64,000 nucleotides of DNA from a bacterium. GTDB taxonomy: Bacteria > Zhuqueibacterota > Zhuqueibacteria > Residuimicrobiales > Krinioviventaceae. How positions within the stretch are numbered: the first letter of the stretch is position 1; every line of letters starts with the position of its first letter. The translations under genes and the position numbers were made by a program. The DNA lies in contig CAXXMD010000003.1 of assembly GCA_963675755.2 (NCBI GenBank), forward strand, positions 32,001 to 96,000. Reading direction: 5' to 3'. Positions 58,965-64,000 of this stretch are shown one piece after another. Below the pieces are notes generated by a model. That model had not been told where the DNA came from. It saw nothing but the letters and a program-made list of their open reading frames with translations, and did no database searches.

Positions 58965-59050
58965 GAATATCTTGACGTTATTTATATCCCATTATCATTC
59001 TGAAATACGAGTGAATCCCATATCTCCCCCGAATTCATCTTAATTCAGAC

Positions 59051-59090
59051 AAAAAAAATCCGGTACCCGCAAACAAGCAGATACCGGATT
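59051..59090 (-). terminator. Intrinsic terminator of the GLUG-protein gene
   Basis: Minus-strand RNA AAUCCGGUAUCUGC-loop-GCGGGUACCGGAUU followed by a U-run; the mismatches are G-U pairs only on this strand. Confidence 0.85.
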
Positions 59091-59109
59091 ATTATAAATT
59101 TTTAAAATC

Positions 59110-60921
59110 TTATTTGATGAACAAAACCTTTTCAACCAGCGTCCGGTGATCAGCATTCATTTTTACAAAATAAGCACCGGAAGGAACAAGGTTACCTGCC
59201 TTATCTGTGCCGTTCCAGTCGATCTCATAACTACCGGCTGTTTGTTTGCCTGTGTACAAATCCCGTACCTTGCGGCCCAGCATATCATATACCACAATTT
59301 CCACATTCGTAGCATTAGCAAGATGATAGGTAATGCGCGTCTGCGGATTAAAGGGATTGGGGTACGCCTTGTCCAGTTGTGTGGTCTGCGGCAATGCCTC
59401 TGTCTCTACAGACACGGATTTATAGGTGTGCTGCTCTCCATTCACACTGACATCCGACAAGCGATAAGCATAAGTCGCACCGGATTCAGTCTGCGCATCG
59501 GTATAAGCATAACAGCTCTGCTGTGATGTGGTGCCTTGTCCTGCCAGATCGCTACAGGTCCGGTAAGACGCAACAACCTGCCAGGTATTCTGATTATCCT
59601 GCAAGCGTTCTAAAATGAATCCCAGGTTATCTCGTTCACAGGCGGTTGTCCATTCAATTATCACAGACTGTCCCTCACAACGTGCGGTAAACGCGGCTAG
59701 CTCCACCGGTAGACTATTGTCCGCACCAGTTTGCCATGACAAAATCGGATAACCACTGTTCACAGTCTGTTCCTGGTCTGCATCCCAGTAATTATTAATA
59801 CCGTTAGCTGTTTCAACCACAAAGTCCCAACCAGCTGCGGTAAACGTAGTATAATCTTTCATTTCACTGGTCGTTTTAGCAGTAGCACCGGTAGCGGTCG
59901 TCTGAATTGAAGCTTCATAATCAAAAAAGTTGTTTGAATAGGATGGTGTACCGGTTTCGGTCGCGACAAAACCCTTATCAGAAGGATCAGCTCCTCCATC
60001 ATACGTCACAGATCCAATCGAGTAACAATTGGTAATACTGCCGCCATCCTGTTCACCTGCAAATGCACCAAAGCCCGTCAAACTGGAAGTATACCGGGTC
60101 ACATCACCGGTTGAGTAACAATTGGTTATGGATGAAGCACTGTAGCCTACAAATCCTCCTGTCAAATTGTCATAACAGCTGACGTCACCGGTTGAATAGC
60201 TTTGAGAAATGGTCCCTTCATTATCGCCTACCAGTCCGCCTATTTTTTCTGTAATTATTGCAGTACCTTCTACATTACCAAGAGAATAACAATCAGTAAT
60301 AGTAGCTGCTCCAACAGTATGCCCCACCAGACCACCACCCGCCTGAGTACTGGCATATACAGCACAGGCGCTGGCAGAACCAGTAATGTTACCATACAAA
60401 TATCCTACAAGTCCTCCTACAAAAGTACCTCCGGTAACAGTACCGGAAATTTCACAATTGGTTATGGTACAGGGCATGGAAACACATCGGCCAATCATGC
60501 CGCCAACATAATCCTGGCCGGTCACGGTTGCATTCCCAAGCGATACATTCACGATCGTTGCACCATTCGCCTCGCCAAATAATCCAATTGAGCTGGTAGC
60601 AGATCGATTGATATAGAGATTTGAAATAATAAATTCCTGACCGTCATAATCACCGGTAAAACGAGTTGAACTGTTTCCAATAGGGGTAAAACCACTCCCG
60701 CCATCCCATGACGATGAAGCTGCCGCATTGATTAGTGCGGTTTGTTTGAAATACTTGTTCCATTCAGTGCTATTTTGCGTAATCCAATAGAGATTTTCCA
60801 GTGTGGCAATCTCGTAAGGTGCCCCCGAACTCCCGTCTCCAACCGAAGGAGCAGTGGCTGTTTGCGCAAAAGATAATACTGTAAAGCAGAAAAGTAAAAG
60901 CAACAGTAGCAATCGTCTCAT
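59110..60921 (-). CDS. Secreted GLUG-motif beta-helix protein with T9SS-type/FlgD-Ig C-terminal domain
   Basis: ATG 60921 with GGAGG RBS; G.GS...PY.I.T...L, F.G.YDG, repeated VGGLVG/YSTG.V; LPVEL..F and AYPNPFNP tail. Confidence 0.88.
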   Translation of the reverse strand: MRRLLLLLLLFCFTVLSFAQTATAPSVGDGSSGAPYEIATLENLYWITQNSTEWNKYFKQTALINAAASSSWDGGSGFTPIGNSSTRFTGDYDGQEFIISNLYINRSATSSIGLFGEANGATIVNVSLGNATVTGQDYVGGMIGRCVSMPCTITNCEISGTVTGGTFVGGLVGYLYGNITGSASACAVYASTQAGGGLVGHTVGAATITDCYSLGNVEGTAIITEKIGGLVGDNEGTISQSYSTGDVSCYDNLTGGFVGYSASSITNCYSTGDVTRYTSSLTGFGAFAGEQDGGSITNCYSIGSVTYDGGADPSDKGFVATETGTPSYSNNFFDYEASIQTTATGATAKTTSEMKDYTTFTAAGWDFVVETANGINNYWDADQEQTVNSGYPILSWQTGADNSLPVELAAFTARCEGQSVIIEWTTACERDNLGFILERLQDNQNTWQVVASYRTCSDLAGQGTTSQQSCYAYTDAQTESGATYAYRLSDVSVNGEQHTYKSVSVETEALPQTTQLDKAYPNPFNPQTRITYHLANATNVEIVVYDMLGRKVRDLYTGKQTAGSYEIDWNGTDKAGNLVPSGAYFVKMNADHRTLVEKVLFIK

Positions 60922-61024
60922 TCTTCCTCCCAATGTTCTGTTTTTAAAAAAATAATTATGGTAATAGCCCAATGTAAAACAACATATTGTTTTATAAATT
61001 AAAAAACAATGATTTTTATCACAT

Positions 61025-62338
61025 TTACCGGAAAAATTCACGAGTAAATCCGTCACCCAGACGAATAGCTTCCTGAATGGCCCCCGAGTACCCCGGTTTG
61101 ATCAGATTCACATAATCCCACACAATACGCTTATCCGGAGTAACTTCAAACACCCGACCTTTGGTGGTTTCGGTGATAAGCAGGTTTCCATTCTCTAACC
61201 ATTGGTGTTTACCCATTAGGTTAGAGTAAAATGGCCCGGTATTGCTCCCCTCATACCAAACCTCTACACTGCCGTCAGTCACATCTTCTACCAGAATCCG
61301 ACTTTTGCCTGATGGATTTGCATCCGGCAGTTGATTATTGTTATCAAAAACGGATATATGATCACCATCAATAAAATCCGGATCGTGTTGGCGCACATAT
61401 TTACCGGTACTGATATATTTAATTTTCAACGCTACCGGATCAAAAACCAGCACCGTATTGATATTTCGTAACGACACCATCACATCCCCGGGTACAAACA
61501 CTCCTGGCTGCATTGCAGAGGAAAATATTTCTACATCGTTCAGATGCAAAAGGTCCCCGGTTACATTGGCAACTTTATTATCAATGCTTGACATACTCAG
61601 CAGCCCCATATAACCATTGTCTTTTAACAGAGAAAACAGTTCAATCTGCCTGAGAATCTCACCCGTATCCGGTGAAACTTTAAGCACAAGCGGTTCAATC
61701 AGCCACGGTAACAAGTTGGGAAAGCCCTCTATTGGTCCACCATGGTCGATCTGTCCGCACACCCACAAATATCCATCCTCATCCACAAAAACCGAGTGAT
61801 GGGTACGGTGCGCCAGTTTCCAAACTACGTTCCCTTGCATGTCCATTCGCACCAGTCCCAAGTGATCAAAATTGAATACAATATCGCCATTGGGCATTAA
61901 TTTAATACCGTGAATCTGTGTACCGGGCAGGGATTTGGGAACAAACTCGTTCTTTACATGTTCACAATCCGGCCAGATCTCAAACCAGTCAATGCGCCAT
62001 TGATGAACTATTTCCCCCTCAAAATCTATAATCTTTACACTCAGAACCTTGTCCGCATCAATAGAAGATATTAACGTCAAACCCGGCTGAACCGCTGTAC
62101 TATCATAACCCTGTACAGGCTTGTCCAATTCGGTTTCATGAAAAAACCATGTGTCCTGCCCCGTGATTTGGTCTTTAAAATCGCTGGCAGTAGTAAAGGC
62201 ATTTCTGATCAATGGATACGGAAAAATCTTCATTCGCTGGGTTAAAAATCCATATACAAAAAACAGAAAACATAGTGAAAAGATGAATAATATAAAAGGC
62301 AGGTGTTGGAAAAATCGATTTACGGATTTTCGGGCCAA
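61025..62338 (-). CDS. Arylsulfotransferase (ASST)-like beta-propeller protein
   Basis: N-terminal TM; THHS, D.LHLNDV, VSLRN, QHDPD, VFDN, L.NGN.LITE...GRVFEV. Confidence 0.82.
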   Translation of the reverse strand: MARKSVNRFFQHLPFILFIFSLCFLFFVYGFLTQRMKIFPYPLIRNAFTTASDFKDQITGQDTWFFHETELDKPVQGYDSTAVQPGLTLISSIDADKVLSVKIIDFEGEIVHQWRIDWFEIWPDCEHVKNEFVPKSLPGTQIHGIKLMPNGDIVFNFDHLGLVRMDMQGNVVWKLAHRTHHSVFVDEDGYLWVCGQIDHGGPIEGFPNLLPWLIEPLVLKVSPDTGEILRQIELFSLLKDNGYMGLLSMSSIDNKVANVTGDLLHLNDVEIFSSAMQPGVFVPGDVMVSLRNINTVLVFDPVALKIKYISTGKYVRQHDPDFIDGDHISVFDNNNQLPDANPSGKSRILVEDVTDGSVEVWYEGSNTGPFYSNLMGKHQWLENGNLLITETTKGRVFEVTPDKRIVWDYVNLIKPGYSGAIQEAIRLGDGFTREFFR

Positions 62339-62519
62339 AACATTTCCTCGTTATCTACTTCAAAAGAATGTAACAGGTTTGACAGGAAATTGCAAGCAGA
62401 ATGTACTCTAGATTCATATTAAAAAATTCACCAAAATTCGCAATTTTAGGTTGACCGGCTTGAATATTTTTGTTATAATTCAAGATACACATTTTACAAT
62501 TACAACCGGAGAATCCCAA

Positions 62520-63992
62520 ATGGCCAGGCAAATTAACAGACGCAGTTTTATGAAACAAACGGGTGTGCTTGCGGCAGCATCCTTGTCTCTTACCCATTGT
62601 TCAAGCACCAATAAAAAACCCAATATCATCTTTATTATGGCAGACGACCTGGGTTATGGTCACCTGGGATGTTATGGACAAAAATATATCAAAACCCCCA
62701 ACATAGACGCTATGGCAAAAGAGGGCCTTAAATTTTCTCAAGCATATTCCGGTTGTACGGTTTGTGCACCCTCACGCAGTGCGCTTATGACCGGTACCCA
62801 TACCGGCCACACATCCGTACGGGGCAACGGTGGTGGTGCTTCGCTTCAGGCCAATGATGTAACCGTTGCGCAGCTGTTACAAAAAGCCGGCTACAAAACC
62901 GGACTCTTTGGCAAGTGGGGCCTTGCTGATGAAGGCAAAGCAGGTATCCCTAATAAAATGGGATTTGACCAGTTCTTTGGTTACCTGCACCAGCTGCACG
63001 CCCAGTTTTACTATCCCGAGTTTTTATGGGACAATGAAAAAAAACACAACCTGCCCGAAAATGCAAATTTTGGACGCAAAACCTATTCTCCCGATCTGAT
63101 TATGGAAAAGGCTTTTGATTTTGTCCGTCAAAATAAAGATAATCCGTTTTTCCTCTATCTTCCAACAACCATTCCACACCACGAGTTTATCGCTCCGGAA
63201 GAAGATTTAAAAGAATATCGCGGCAAGTTCCCCGAAGTCAAAGTAGCCCACTGGCGCGACAATTACGCCCTACCTGAAGAACCCAAAGCCACCTTTGCGG
63301 CTATGGTCTCTCATCTGGATAAACAAGTTGGTAAACTGTTTGCCCTGATACAGGAACTGGGACTCGATGATAATACCATCATCTTTTTCACATCGGACAA
63401 TGGCGGCGCGCAGGGTCCGCTCGAAAACGCAGAATTCTTTGAGGCCAATAAATCTTTTCGCGGATACAAAAGAGATCTGTACGAAGGCGGTATCCGTATT
63501 CCCATGATTGTTCGCTGGCCGGGCAAGGTCCAACCCTCTGCCGATACCGACCAGGTCACTTATTTCCCGGATATGCTGCCCACTTTTCTTGAACTGGCCG
63601 GAGCAAAATCCATGGTCCCTGCGGAAACAGACGGTCTCTCAATTGTACCGACAATCCTGAACACCGGCGAGCAAAAACAGCACGATTTTCTCTACTGGGA
63701 AGACGCGGAATATCAACGCACCGGAACATACCTGGAAGAACCGGGCACCCTCATGCAGGCCGTACGTATGGGTAACTGGAAGGGCGTTAAAAACAATCCG
63801 GGTGCGAAAATTGAATTGTACGACCTCGGTAAAGATATTGAGGAAAAGAACAATATTGCGGCGCAACACCCGGATGTGGTTAAAAAGATCGCTAAAATCA
63901 TGGAAACCGAGCACAGACAAGCCCCGCCGCAAGTGGACTTGACCGTTGCCGAAGCCAAAGATCTCTATATACCCAAACCGGCAAAAAAATAA
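62520..63992 (+). CDS. Cys-type sulfatase (arylsulfatase A family) with Tat signal
   Basis: NRRSFMK signal; PNIIFIMADDLGYG, CAPSRSALMTG (CxPxR), GKWGL, SDNG, K..LYEGGIRIP; ATG 62520 after GGAGA. Confidence 0.95.
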   Translation: MARQINRRSFMKQTGVLAAASLSLTHCSSTNKKPNIIFIMADDLGYGHLGCYGQKYIKTPNIDAMAKEGLKFSQAYSGCTVCAPSRSALMTGTHTGHTSVRGNGGGASLQANDVTVAQLLQKAGYKTGLFGKWGLADEGKAGIPNKMGFDQFFGYLHQLHAQFYYPEFLWDNEKKHNLPENANFGRKTYSPDLIMEKAFDFVRQNKDNPFFLYLPTTIPHHEFIAPEEDLKEYRGKFPEVKVAHWRDNYALPEEPKATFAAMVSHLDKQVGKLFALIQELGLDDNTIIFFTSDNGGAQGPLENAEFFEANKSFRGYKRDLYEGGIRIPMIVRWPGKVQPSADTDQVTYFPDMLPTFLELAGAKSMVPAETDGLSIVPTILNTGEQKQHDFLYWEDAEYQRTGTYLEEPGTLMQAVRMGNWKGVKNNPGAKIELYDLGKDIEEKNNIAAQHPDVVKKIAKIMETEHRQAPPQVDLTVAEAKDLYIPKPAKK

Positions 63993-64000
63993 AAACCATA

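Noticed and set aside
60922-61056. Upstream extension of the GLUG ORF to 61056 (and similar extensions at 3379, 4676, 56709 and 62451)
   Set aside because: Downstream ATGs have better RBS and signal-peptide or domain context; the extensions overlap neighbouring genes or promoters.

Overview
Bacterial genomic DNA, most likely from a non-Bacteroidia member of the FCB group such as KSB1 or Calditrichota. This is an inference from five secreted proteins ending in an (N/A)(Y/F)PNPFN T9SS-type/FlgD-Ig sorting domain, together with ordinary GGAG Shine-Dalgarno sites and TTGxxx/TATATT promoters. I found no rRNA, tRNA, CRISPR array, integrase, transposase or reverse transcriptase. 1-6.2 kb: a MacAB-like ABC efflux operon with an inserted four-helix-bundle gene, divergent from an NtrC-type regulator/kinase pair, with a visible sigma54 promoter and tandem palindromic enhancer. 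6.2-19 kb: AT-rich stand-alone genes (DUF5677-like protein, outer-membrane protein, S9 peptidase, two large paralogous secreted PKD/FN3 proteins) separated by modular palindromic repeats, giving a cassette-like array. 19-36 kb: MFS/MerR with a 19-bp-spacer promoter, an orphan 7TM kinase, a CapK/PaaK-like ligase, tandem NIPSNAP lipoproteins, YhhN-DUF2157-GDYXXLXY, a pentaheme cytochrome c with a secretion C-terminal domain, a Kelch/DUF4270/OMP trio and a DUF433-PIN toxin-antitoxin pair. 36-64 kb: anSME, M20 hydrolase, pullulanase, C10 peptidase, GWxTD-like protein, nitroreductase, EEP proteins, Tat-signal TldD plus PmbA, glycerate kinase, a GLUG protein, an arylsulfotransferase and a sulfatase. 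Best candidates for new biology: the secreted multiheme cytochrome, the repeat-bounded cassette-like array, the heptamer-hairpin-flanked four-helix-bundle element and a possibly periplasmic TldD/PmbA. All family assignments come from motifs recognised by eye; no searches were run.
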